A stretch of 64,000 nucleotides of DNA, from positions 223,959 through 287,958 of the forward strand of contig JBFMHR010000004.1 in NCBI GenBank assembly GCA_040751795.1, written 5' to 3'. Source of the stretch: Thermoplasmatota archaeon (lineage in GTDB: Archaea > Thermoplasmatota > Thermoplasmata > UBA10834). The first letter of the stretch is position 1. Each line of letters opens with the position of its first letter. The notes below the pieces were generated by a model. It saw nothing but the letters and a program-made list of their open reading frames with translations, searched no databases and was not told the DNA's origin. The translations under genes were made by a program, and so were the position numbers. Positions 38,355-47,413 of this stretch are shown piece after piece.

Positions 38355-39137
38355 TTGCCCTACGACAAGAAGAGCCAGGACTCGGAGAAGGCGATTGAGC
38401 GGATAGTCGACTCCTGGAAGATGCGCAGGAAGGATGACGATGACAGGAAGTCGTACGACGAGGTCTTCAACAAGCAGAACCTGATGCGCATATACAAACT
38501 CATGTCGGACGGGGTCATGGACAAGTTCGACTTCACGATATCGACAGGCAAGGAGGGCAACCTCTTCAGGGCGAGCACGGTCAGGGGCGAGTTCGTCGCG
38601 GTGAAGATCTTCAGGACGTCCACGGCGACCTTCGGTGACATGTACAAGTACGTCGCCGGCGACCCGCGCTTCTTCGGCGTCGGCGGGGGCAACCGCAAGA
38701 GGCTCATCATGGTCTGGGCAGAGAAGGAGTTCATGAACCTAGAGGCGCTCCACAGGGTGGGCGTGCGGGTTCCGAAACCCATCGCGCGCAACCAGAACAT
38801 CATAGTCATGGAGTACATAGGCGACGAGAAGGAGCCCGCGAGGCAGCTGAGGAACGTGCAGCTGGAGGACCCCGGGAAGGTCGCCAGGCAGGTCCTCGAC
38901 TACGTGGCCGTCGCCTACAGGAAGGCCTCCCTCGTCCACAGCGACCTCAGCGAGTTCAACATACTGGTGAAGGACGGCGAGCCGGTCATCATCGACGTCG
39001 GCCAGGCGGTCCTGAAGGACCACCCCAACGCGCATGAGTGGCTCAGGCGGGATGTCACCAACATCGCAAGGTACTTCAGAAGGGACGACGTGAAGATAGA
39101 CGTCGAGGCAGAGCTGAAGGAGATCACGAGGCCATGA
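38355..39137 (+). CDS. rio1: RIO1 family serine protein kinase
   Basis: ISTGKEG, AVKIF, WAEKEF.NL, VMEYIG, LVHSDLSEFN, IDVGQAV; start uncertain. Confidence 0.92.
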   Translation: MPYDKKSQDSEKAIERIVDSWKMRRKDDDDRKSYDEVFNKQNLMRIYKLMSDGVMDKFDFTISTGKEGNLFRASTVRGEFVAVKIFRTSTATFGDMYKYVAGDPRFFGVGGGNRKRLIMVWAEKEFMNLEALHRVGVRVPKPIARNQNIIVMEYIGDEKEPARQLRNVQLEDPGKVARQVLDYVAVAYRKASLVHSDLSEFNILVKDGEPVIIDVGQAVLKDHPNAHEWLRRDVTNIARYFRRDDVKIDVEAELKEITRP

Positions 39138-39679
39138 CGCAGTCGGTCAAGATCCCGAAGGACCGCGTCGGCGTGCTCATCGGCAGGGGCGGCGAGACGA
39201 AGGACGCCCTGGAGAGGCTCACCGGCGTCAGGATAACGATAGACTCGGAGGAGGGCGACGTCGAGATGGACCACACCCACGCCTCCGACCCGGCGATGGC
39301 CCTGGCGGTCCAGGACGTCGTCGTGGCCATAGGCAGGGGCTTCTCCGCCGACAAGGCGATGAAGCTCCTGGACGAGGACATCTTCCTCGAGGTCATGGAC
39401 ATCAGGGACTATGTGGGGAAGAAGCCGGCCCACGTGGTCAGGATGAGGGCGAGGGTCATAGGCACCAAGGGCAAGACCCGCAGGATCTTCGAGGAGCTCG
39501 CCGGCGTGTACCTGTCCGTCCAAGGGAACACGGTCGCCATAATAGGGGACCTCCTGCAGATCGACGTGGCCAAGCGCGGCCTGGACATGCTCCTCTCTGG
39601 GAGCGAGCACGCCGCGGTGTACAAGTTCCTCGAGGGCAGGCGGCCCGAGATAAGGATAGACGGGATGGGCTTCTCCTGA
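39134..39679 (+). CDS. KH-domain rRNA processing protein (Dim2/Pno1-like)
   Basis: IPKDRVGVLIG.GG, AIGRGFS, RVIGTKGKTR, G.EH..VY.FLE; conserved aIF1A-RIO1-KH order. Confidence 0.92.
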   Translation: MTQSVKIPKDRVGVLIGRGGETKDALERLTGVRITIDSEEGDVEMDHTHASDPAMALAVQDVVVAIGRGFSADKAMKLLDEDIFLEVMDIRDYVGKKPAHVVRMRARVIGTKGKTRRIFEELAGVYLSVQGNTVAIIGDLLQIDVAKRGLDMLLSGSEHAAVYKFLEGRRPEIRIDGMGFS

Positions 39680-39725
39680 GCCAGGGGACGCTTGAAATAT
39701 CCCGGACTGCATTCACGTGGAGGAC

Positions 39726-40271
39726 ATGCCCGACAACATCCCCGCCACCTTCGACCAGGACATGGCGTCCATCCCAGTCGACCATGTAGCTGGGGACAAC
39801 GACAACGGGCGCGTGATGAAGCTCATGGCGCACATGATCCTCAGGGTGTGGACGAGGTTCGCCGTCGAGACCGGCCAGAAGCTCTCGATGACCCCGTACC
39901 AGTACTCTCTGGGCACATACCACGGCCAGATGAACTGGGTGGTGAACGAGGTCATGAACTTCGAGGAGCTCCCCAGGATCCTCCTGGGCGCCAACTACGG
40001 CCACGCGCACGGCCTGCTCGCCGAGACCTACAAGAGGAAGGACGAGGACCGCGTGAGGCTGGTGTTCGCCCTCGACGAGGAGGAGGTCAAGGGCAAGCCC
40101 CTGGCGGTGAACTACCTCCTGTACGACGCCCCCTCGGCCGGGTTCCGGTTCGAGGAGGCCGCGGCCGCCCTGAGGGCCGCCATGCCGAAGTGGATGGAGA
40201 CGGTCGCGACCAAATCCGACGGCCCCCTCTTCACCTTCTGCAAGGAGAGCCTCGAGTGCGTCGGGGTCTGA
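39726..40271 (+). CDS. Hypothetical protein
   Basis: SD GGAGG before ATG 39726; strong GC3 bias; no family recognised. Confidence 0.7.
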   Translation: MPDNIPATFDQDMASIPVDHVAGDNDNGRVMKLMAHMILRVWTRFAVETGQKLSMTPYQYSLGTYHGQMNWVVNEVMNFEELPRILLGANYGHAHGLLAETYKRKDEDRVRLVFALDEEEVKGKPLAVNYLLYDAPSAGFRFEEAAAALRAAMPKWMETVATKSDGPLFTFCKESLECVGV

Positions 40272-40279
40272 CCCGGCGC

Positions 40280-40741
40280 TCAGAGGGGGGCCCCGCAGGA
40301 CCCGCACTTCTCCTCGTCCTCGTCGCTCAGGGCGCCGCAGTACCTGCACCGGACCTTTATCGTGCCCTTCATCTTCTCCTTGACCGACTGCGCGATCTCC
40401 TCCTTGAACCGGTCGCGCTCCGCCTCGGCCCGCGCCCTCTCCTCCTCGGCCAGCCTCTTCTCGCGGTCATTCGCAGCCAGTCCGGCCACGATGAACACGA
40501 GGCCCATGAGCACAGGGAAGGCGACGAAGAACCCCGGGGCGCCCGCGCTCGCGAAGACAATGGACATGAACATCACCAGGATGCCCACGCCAATTATGCC
40601 CGCGGCGGACTTCGGCTGGTGTTCCCGGTCGGGGCGACGCCTTGCGTCCGACATGAAATCAGGGTGGAAATCGTCAGTCACGCTGCTCACGCCATTCCTC
40701 TGAGGGTGCGTTAGCGCGACAGGCCTATTCACCCTTTCCAT
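40280..40741 (-). CDS. Membrane protein with C-terminal zinc ribbon
   Basis: Two TM helices, coiled coil, VRCRYCG......KCGSCGAPL; start may be downstream (GTG 40681 / ATG 40654). Confidence 0.7.
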   Translation of the reverse strand: MERVNRPVALTHPQRNGVSSVTDDFHPDFMSDARRRPDREHQPKSAAGIIGVGILVMFMSIVFASAGAPGFFVAFPVLMGLVFIVAGLAANDREKRLAEEERARAEAERDRFKEEIAQSVKEKMKGTIKVRCRYCGALSDEDEEKCGSCGAPL

Positions 40742-40796
40742 GGATTCCGCCGCCGGGCAAACGATTTATACGCGCTCGTCCTGCCCTCGGCCGTAG

Positions 40797-42026
40797 ATGT
40801 CCGCAAGGCTCGAGATCGCAGGGCGAGCGCTTCAGCGCCCTCTGTGCAACCACTGCCTCGGCAGGCTGTTCGCGAAGCTCACCACAGGCATGGCCAACGA
40901 CCAGCGGGGGGCGATCATCAGGGCGCTCCTGCCCGGCGCTTCGCCTGACCCCGGCAGCGCGGGGTGCGATGTGTGCCGGGGCCTCTTCGACGAGCTCGAC
41001 AAGTTCGCAGCCATGGCCGCAAGGTCCTCGGAGGGGTACGAGTTCTCGACGTTCCTGGTAGGGACCAAGGTCGACGCCGAGCTCCTCGAGAGGGAGGAGC
41101 AGCTCTGGGCGGAGGTCGGCGCGAAGGAGACCGAGACGCTCAAGTCGGAGCTCAACAGGGAGGTCGGCAAGCGCGTCGAGGCCCTCCTCCTGAAGCCCGT
41201 CGACTTCACCAACCCCGACATGGTCTACCTCGTCGACACGCGGTTCGACAGGGTGGAGACCTCGGTCTCCCCCCTCTTCGTCTACGGGCGGTACAGGAAG
41301 CTCTCGAGGGAGATCCCTCAGACGAGGTGGCCCTGCAGGGACTGCAGGGGCAAAGGGTGCCCCCGGTGCGGCGGCAGGGGCGTCATGTACGAGAGGAGCG
41401 TGCAGGACCTCACCGGACCCATAGTGATGAGGCACGCGCAGGGGGAGGCCGACTTCTTCCACGGCATGGGCAGGGAGGACATCGACGCCCGCATGCTCGG
41501 GAACGGCCGGCCCTTCGTCGTGGAGGTCAGGCGCCCGCGGGTGAGGTCCTTGGACCTCCCCCGGGTGCAGGAAGAGGTCAACGCCTCCGCGGGGGGCCTC
41601 GTCGAGGTCGAGGGGCTGAGGCCCTCGGACAGGTCCGAGATGAGGGCGATAAAGGAGGCGGCGCACTCCAAGACGTACAGGGTCAGGGTGCGCTTCCAGC
41701 ATGATTTCGACCATGCAAAGCTTAATGAGATAGTTCATGTATTGGCCAAAAACCCTATAAGTCAGCAGACTCCGAACAGGGTGTCGCACAGGCGTGCCGA
41801 CCTAGAGCGCATAAGGACGGTCAGGTCCTTCAGGACCGAGTCCGTCGAGGGCCTCGAGGCGGTGTTCGTCGTCGAGGCGGACAGCGGCACGTACATCAAG
41901 GAGCTCATGCACGGGGACGGGGGCCGGACGAGGCCCAGCGTCGCCGAGGTCGTGGGCGTGCCCTGCGAGGTGCTCTCGCTCGACGTTATATGGATCGGAG
42001 ACCAAGGGGCGGAAGGACATGGTTAA
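40797..42026 (+). CDS. pus10: tRNA pseudouridine(54/55) synthase Pus10
   Basis: LCNHCLGR, GRYRKL.R.IPQT.WPC, GREDIDARMLG.GRPF, QQTP.RV.HRRA, GTYIKEL.HGD.GRT.PS. Confidence 0.95.
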   Translation: MSARLEIAGRALQRPLCNHCLGRLFAKLTTGMANDQRGAIIRALLPGASPDPGSAGCDVCRGLFDELDKFAAMAARSSEGYEFSTFLVGTKVDAELLEREEQLWAEVGAKETETLKSELNREVGKRVEALLLKPVDFTNPDMVYLVDTRFDRVETSVSPLFVYGRYRKLSREIPQTRWPCRDCRGKGCPRCGGRGVMYERSVQDLTGPIVMRHAQGEADFFHGMGREDIDARMLGNGRPFVVEVRRPRVRSLDLPRVQEEVNASAGGLVEVEGLRPSDRSEMRAIKEAAHSKTYRVRVRFQHDFDHAKLNEIVHVLAKNPISQQTPNRVSHRRADLERIRTVRSFRTESVEGLEAVFVVEADSGTYIKELMHGDGGRTRPSVAEVVGVPCEVLSLDVIWIGDQGAEGHG

Positions 42027-42309
42027 GGCTTCCAAGGGCTACAGGCGCAGGACTCGGTCCGTCATGCAGAAGCGCGCGAGAGACAGGGGTCTCTCTCCGA
42101 TCACGAAGGAGTTCCAGACGTTCGAAGTGGGCGAGAAGGCCGCGGTCACGGTCGACCCGAGCATCCACAAGGGCCAGCCCCACATAAGGTTCCAGGGCAA
42201 GACGGGCACCGTCAAGGGGATGCAGGGGAGGGCCTACCTCCTCGACATCAAGGACGGGGACATGATGAAGGAGATCATCGTCAAGCCCCAGCACCTGAGG
42301 AAGTGCTAG
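42019..42309 (+). CDS. rpl21e: 50S ribosomal protein L21e
   Basis: SKGYRRRTR, DPSIHKGQPH.RFQGKTG, P.HL. Confidence 0.96.
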   Translation: MVKASKGYRRRTRSVMQKRARDRGLSPITKEFQTFEVGEKAAVTVDPSIHKGQPHIRFQGKTGTVKGMQGRAYLLDIKDGDMMKEIIVKPQHLRKC

Positions 42310-42339
42310 AGGCCGGACAGGCACTGGCTGGTGTTTTCC

Positions 42340-42660
42340 ATGGAGGACAAGAAGATAGCCACCCTCGCGGAGGTCAGGGACATACTGCTCGAGAGGCAGG
42401 AGCAGGGCGAGCTGACGCCGGAGCAGAAGCTGGCGCTCGAGCACAGCCAGAAGTTCGCCAGGACCGACGCCAAGAAGTCCAGGAAGCTCGTGAAGGAGCT
42501 CCTCGAGCTCGGCTTCGTGTCCGAGCTGAACGCCGTCAAGATCGCGGACGTCATGCCCGACCACGCGGACGACGTGAGGGCGATGTTCGCCAAGGAGAGG
42601 GCGAACCTCGACAAGAAGGACATCGAAAAGATACTTAGCGTCGTAGAGAAGTACCTCTGA
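42340..42660 (+). CDS. rpoF: RNA polymerase subunit Rpo4/F
   Basis: TLAEV..IL, EQK.ALEH..KF, AVKIADVMP...DDVRA.FAKER; conserved position. Confidence 0.9.
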   Translation: MEDKKIATLAEVRDILLERQEQGELTPEQKLALEHSQKFARTDAKKSRKLVKELLELGFVSELNAVKIADVMPDHADDVRAMFAKERANLDKKDIEKILSVVEKYL

Positions 42661-42675
42661 CGAGCGGAGGGGGGA

Positions 42676-43230
42676 TTGTCGTTGGAGGACTACGCAAGGA
42701 TACTAGATTACCTGCCCCAGGGGCTCCCGGACGACCGGAAGTTCAAGCGGGAGCCCATCGCCTACGCGCTGGGCGACGACCAGTTCAAGCTCTTCGAGCT
42801 CGTGCCCAAGCCCGACATCAACCTGGCCGTGGGGGACAAGGTCTACATAGGCAAGGACCTGAACCTCAGGCAGGAGATCCTCCACGTCAAGAGGCGCATA
42901 GGCTACAGTGAGCTCACCAACGCCGCCCAGAGCGAGCTCCAGTTCGTCATAATGGACGTCATCAAGGCCCACGAGGAGCGGTTCGTCAGATTCTTCAACG
43001 AGTCGCAGGCCATAACCACCAGGTTCCACATGCTCGAGCTGCTCCCCGGGCTGGGGAAGAAGACCATGTGGAGCATCATCGAGGAGAGGAAGAAGGGCCC
43101 GTTCAAGTCCCTCAAGGAGGTCGAGGAGCGGGTCCCGATGGCGCACCAGGTGGACAAGCTCCTCGCGAAGCGGATAGAGGAGGAGCTCTCCAACCCGACC
43201 GAGAAGTACCACCTCTTCGTCATGAGGTGA
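42676..43230 (+). CDS. DUF655 family putative RNA-binding protein
   Basis: EDYA.ILDYLP.G, FVRFFN, H.LELLPG.GKK HhH, PF.S; conserved rpoF-DUF655-ksgA order. Confidence 0.88.
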   Translation: MSLEDYARILDYLPQGLPDDRKFKREPIAYALGDDQFKLFELVPKPDINLAVGDKVYIGKDLNLRQEILHVKRRIGYSELTNAAQSELQFVIMDVIKAHEERFVRFFNESQAITTRFHMLELLPGLGKKTMWSIIEERKKGPFKSLKEVEERVPMAHQVDKLLAKRIEEELSNPTEKYHLFVMR

Positions 43231-43243
43231 GGCCGGTCCGGAC

Positions 43244-44077
43244 ATGAGAGCCGATGAGGTCAGGTCGGTCCTCGAGTCGATGGGCAAGCGCCCCTCGAAG
43301 AGCCTGGGACAGCACTTCCTCCTCGACGAGGGAATCATCAGGAGGCAGGTGAAGCTCGCGTCCCTGGAGGAGGGCGAGCGCGTCCTTGAGATAGGGCCGG
43401 GCATAGGCAACCTGACCGAGGAGATCCTCAGGTACGGCGTCAGGCTCGTCGCCGTCGAGCAGGACCCGGGGTTCTGCGGGTTCCTGAGGCGCAGGTTCGG
43501 GGAGAGGGTGGAGATCATACAGGCCGACGCCGTGCGCGCCTTCCTCCCTGAGTTCGACAAGGTCGTCTCGAACCTTCCATATCAGATCTCGTCGCCCATC
43601 ACCTTCAAGCTGCTGGACACCGGCTTCGACTCCGCCGTCCTGATGCTCCAGAGGGAGTTCGCGGAGCGGATGGTCGCCAGGCCCGGCACTCCGGAGTACG
43701 GACGCCTGTCGGTCGGGGTGTACTGCAGGGCCGAGTGCGAGATCGCCATGAAGGTCTCCCCGGCGTCCTTCTGGCCCCAGCCGAAGGTCGACTCGTGCGT
43801 CGTGAGGCTGACCCCGAGGCCGCCGCCCTTCGAGGTCCGCGACATGCAGGCGTTCGCAGACGTCACCAAGGCGCTCTTCTCGCACCGGAGGAAGAAGGTC
43901 TCGAACTGCCTCGAGACGGACCCCGCCGTGAGGAGGTTCGTCACCGTCGGCATGAAGGATGCCCTGAGGTCGCTCCCGCACGCCTCCGAGAGGCCCGGGG
44001 ACCTGACGCCGGAGCAGATCGGCGAGCTGACCGACGCCCTCCTGGCGCTCAGCGCTTCTTCGGGAAGTACCTGTTGA
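43244..44077 (+). CDS. ksgA: 16S rRNA dimethyladenosine transferase
   Basis: LGQHFL, VLEIGPG.G.LT, VSNLPYQISS, QREFAER, F.P.PKVDS. Confidence 0.95.
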   Translation: MRADEVRSVLESMGKRPSKSLGQHFLLDEGIIRRQVKLASLEEGERVLEIGPGIGNLTEEILRYGVRLVAVEQDPGFCGFLRRRFGERVEIIQADAVRAFLPEFDKVVSNLPYQISSPITFKLLDTGFDSAVLMLQREFAERMVARPGTPEYGRLSVGVYCRAECEIAMKVSPASFWPQPKVDSCVVRLTPRPPPFEVRDMQAFADVTKALFSHRRKKVSNCLETDPAVRRFVTVGMKDALRSLPHASERPGDLTPEQIGELTDALLALSASSGSTC

Positions 44078-45122
44078 CGATCGCGTCCGCGATCTTCCCG
44101 GGCCCGTCGACGAGGACGTCGCACGCCGGCACGCCGTACTTCCTCTCGTACTCCTTGATGTGCGCCTCGACCTCGGCCCTGGTCAGGTTCTCGTGGTTGA
44201 GCGTGATGCCTATGACGTCGGTCTGGGCGAACACCCTGATGAGCTCCATCTCCCTGTCTATGGTGCCGTTCGGGAGGTGCAGCTCGTCGGCGTGGTAGCT
44301 CCTGTACTTCCTGCCCGGGGCGTGCTGCAGCACGACCGTGTTCGGTGCCGACGCGTTCACTATGGTCCTCGAGCCGACCACGTATGCGGGGTGGCTCAGA
44401 GCGCCCTGCCCTTCGACTATGATGACCTTGGGCTTCTCGTTCACGTACGCCTGCTCGATGGCGTTCTCGAGCTCGCCCACGACGTAGTCGCCCCTGATGG
44501 CGTCGAGGGGTATGCCGTACCTGGACCCCTGGAGCAGGCCGGTCTGCCCCGTGGCGACAAAGGCGGTCTTGATCCCCCTCTCGTTGAGCTCCTTGGTGAG
44601 TGTGACCGCGGTGGTCCTCTTGCCCGAGGCCGCGTCCGTCCCCAGGACCGGTATCCTGATGCAGTCCATCTTGGCCGCCAGGCCCCTGTAGTAGTGCATC
44701 TTGTCGAGCGGCGGCTCCTTCCTGATGTCGACGATCTGGACCTTGTGCTTCTTGGCGAGCGGGGCGAACTCCCTGTCGTCCGCGAGCCACTCGTGGAGGC
44801 CGGAGATGACGCTGACGCCGTTCTCGATGGCCACCTTGACGGGCTTCCTGAACTCCGGCGGCAGCATCCCGCCGATGGTCGCGACGCCTATGATCATCCA
44901 CTGGGGCTTCGCCTTCAGTCTCCCGAGCGACTCCTCGACGGAGGCGAATATCGGGATGCCGTCCCTCTTGCCGTCCAGGACCTCGCCCGCGTCCTTCCCG
45001 GCCTGCTTGCTGTCCACCACGCCCAGTATCTTGAACCTCAGTGAGTGGCGGATCAGGCCTGCCGCGGTCTTGCCCCTGACCTTGCCGAAGCCATCCTCGC
45101 AGAGGATGATAGCGGTCTCCAT
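44049..45122 (-). CDS. DUF1611 family P-loop protein
   Basis: GKTAAGL, GGMLP, SGLH, GTDAASGKRTT, ATGQTG, VEGQGAL.HP, LQHAP. Confidence 0.88.
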   Translation of the reverse strand: METAIILCEDGFGKVRGKTAAGLIRHSLRFKILGVVDSKQAGKDAGEVLDGKRDGIPIFASVEESLGRLKAKPQWMIIGVATIGGMLPPEFRKPVKVAIENGVSVISGLHEWLADDREFAPLAKKHKVQIVDIRKEPPLDKMHYYRGLAAKMDCIRIPVLGTDAASGKRTTAVTLTKELNERGIKTAFVATGQTGLLQGSRYGIPLDAIRGDYVVGELENAIEQAYVNEKPKVIIVEGQGALSHPAYVVGSRTIVNASAPNTVVLQHAPGRKYRSYHADELHLPNGTIDREMELIRVFAQTDVIGITLNHENLTRAEVEAHIKEYERKYGVPACDVLVDGPGKIADAIVNRYFPKKR

Positions 45123-45245
45123 GCGACGGGCGACGGCGAGACCTGTATAAATCCCTTGAGAACCTATCCCGTTGGTTGACGTGGCGGGGCTGGCCATCCC
45201 ACGTCAGCTTCATTACCCCCTGACCCCGTCTTGAGCACGGTCAAG

Positions 45246-45626
45246 ATGGTCGCCAAGTGCGGGAAGTGCGGCGGGGAGTTCGTCGACGGAACGGTATTCT
45301 GCGAGCACTGCGGGGAGCGGATCATGGTCGGGGTCCCGGACGGTTTCGAAGACGGCCGCCCGTTCTACGCCTACCAGTGGATGGGCGAGACGCACCTGCT
45401 CTCGTCCTTCGGGTGGGCCCTGAGGTGGTTCGTGGTCCAGCTGTTCGTGGTCCTGGCGGTCGTCGTGATGGCGGCGGACGCGGGCGAGGATGGCCTCCCC
45501 CTCCTGCTGGCCGCGGCCCTGCTCGGCTCGGCGTACTTCCTGGCCTGGTTCGTGCTCATCAGGCGCTACCGTTCTAGGGGCAGCCCCACGGACTTCGGAG
45601 GCGGCGGCCCACCCACGCGTCCCTGA
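45246..45626 (+). CDS. Zinc-ribbon membrane protein
   Basis: KCGKCG.......FCEHCG followed by two TM helices. Confidence 0.7.
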   Translation: MVAKCGKCGGEFVDGTVFCEHCGERIMVGVPDGFEDGRPFYAYQWMGETHLLSSFGWALRWFVVQLFVVLAVVVMAADAGEDGLPLLLAAALLGSAYFLAWFVLIRRYRSRGSPTDFGGGGPPTRP

Positions 45627-45780
45627 GACTGGGACTCTGGCTCCGGCCCCATCACCTGCGGTCCTGCCGAGGGCGTAATCTCAGAGCATATGTGAGATAT
45701 CCGGATGACAGCTCGCCTGGGACTCAGAACTCCATGTCAATCGTTAAGTACCCAGGTGCGGATTGAACGCGGGTGAGTCA

Positions 45781-46143
45781 GTGAACTGCCAGAATTGCCG
45801 CTCTGAGAATCCCGACGGGTCGGTCTTCTGCAACACCTGCGGCGGCAGGATAGCGGTCTTACGCCCAGGGGAATCATACAGCGGAGAGCCTTCGATTTCC
45901 GAGAGCGAGTTGATCAGAGTGGAGTATCCGCTGGGCCACACCGCGAGCTACACCCGCGAAGGTGCGGTCGCCAGGGCGACCTTAGGCATTGTGGTCGCCC
46001 TCTTCTTCGGCCTCGTCATGCTCGTCGTCGGCTACTCTCGATCCGAGTATGGCATAGTCTTTGGCGGGACGTTGTGGCTCGCCTTCGGAGCAATCATCGC
46101 CCTCCGGGTCTTCGTCTTCCCTGTCAAGCGAAGCCCGCCCTGA
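45781..46143 (+). CDS. Zinc-ribbon membrane protein
   Basis: NCQNC.SENPDGSVFCNTCG followed by two TM helices; GTG start assumed. Confidence 0.7.
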   Translation: MNCQNCRSENPDGSVFCNTCGGRIAVLRPGESYSGEPSISESELIRVEYPLGHTASYTREGAVARATLGIVVALFFGLVMLVVGYSRSEYGIVFGGTLWLAFGAIIALRVFVFPVKRSPP

Positions 46144-46225
46144 GTTGCTCCAGACTCCGCACCCATCACTTGAACTGGGGGCACCTTTTTCTAGGCATAC
46201 CGACATTGAGCCCGGGGGGAGCAGA

Positions 46226-47413
46226 GTGCTAGTAGGCATAGTAGGCAAGCCCAACGTCGGCAAGTCGACCTTCTTCACGGCCCTGACGATGGCGACCGCC
46301 CAGATAGCGTCGTACCCGTTCACCACGATCCAGCCCAACAAGGGCGTGGGCTACGTACGGAGCCCCTGCCCGCACACCGGCTTCGGCAAGCCGTGCAACC
46401 CCAACAACTCCCTGTGCGAGGACGGCATCAGGTTCGTTCCGATCGAGGTGCTCGACGTGGCGGGGCTCGTCCCCGATGCGCACGCAGGCAGGGGCCTCGG
46501 CAACAAGTTCCTCGACGACCTGAGGCAGGCCGACGCGTTCATACACGTGGTCGACGCGAGCGGCGGCACCGATTTCGAGGGAAACCCCGTGGGCGTCGGC
46601 ACCCACGACCCGACCCTGGACGTCAGCTTCCTCGAGAGGGAGATCACCTACTGGCTCTACGGCATCCTCGAGAAGCACTTCGCCAAGATGGCGAAGCAGT
46701 CCAAGCTGACGGGGACCAAGCTCGAGAAGATGCTGCACGAGAAGCTCACCGGGCTCTCGATAACCGAGCACCAGATCCTCGCGGCCTTCAGGCACGCGGC
46801 CATCGAGGCGGAGCCGACGCTCTGGGGCGAGGCCGAGATACTGAAGTACTGCGCCTCGCTGCAGAAGATTAGCAAGCCGATGATCATCGCGGCGAACAAG
46901 GCCGACATAGCGCCCCCGGAGAACCTGGAGAGGCTGAGGGGGACCGGCTACCCCGTGGTGGCGACGAGCGCTGAGTACGAGCTCGCCCTCAGGAGGGCAT
47001 CGAAGGCCGGCCTGATATCGTACGTCCCGGGCAGCGGGGCGTTCGAGGTCGCCGACAGGTCCAAGCTCAACGCGGGCCAGCTCGCGGCGCTGGACAAGAT
47101 GTCCTCGTGGCTGAAGGAGCACACCAGCACCGGGGTGCAGGCGATCCTCGAGGACGTGGTGTTCAAGGTCCTGGACCTCATGGTGGTGTACCCTGTCGAG
47201 GACGAACACAAATGGTCCGACAAGCAGGGGAAGGTCCTGCCCGACGCCTACCTCATGAGGCGGGGCACCAACGCCAAGGACCTCGCGTTCAAGGTCCACA
47301 CGGACCTCGGCGACAACTTCATCAGGGCCATTGACGGCAGGACCCACATGGCCATCGGGCACGACCACGTCCTGAAGGACGGGGACGTCATCAAGATAGT
47401 CGCGAAGGCATGA
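46226..47413 (+). CDS. ychF: YchF/OLA1 family Obg-like ATPase/GTPase
   Basis: GIVGKPNVGKST, YPFTTI.PN, DVAGL, GLGNKFLDDLR, NKAD, C-terminal TGS domain. Confidence 0.93.
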   Translation: MLVGIVGKPNVGKSTFFTALTMATAQIASYPFTTIQPNKGVGYVRSPCPHTGFGKPCNPNNSLCEDGIRFVPIEVLDVAGLVPDAHAGRGLGNKFLDDLRQADAFIHVVDASGGTDFEGNPVGVGTHDPTLDVSFLEREITYWLYGILEKHFAKMAKQSKLTGTKLEKMLHEKLTGLSITEHQILAAFRHAAIEAEPTLWGEAEILKYCASLQKISKPMIIAANKADIAPPENLERLRGTGYPVVATSAEYELALRRASKAGLISYVPGSGAFEVADRSKLNAGQLAALDKMSSWLKEHTSTGVQAILEDVVFKVLDLMVVYPVEDEHKWSDKQGKVLPDAYLMRRGTNAKDLAFKVHTDLGDNFIRAIDGRTHMAIGHDHVLKDGDVIKIVAKA

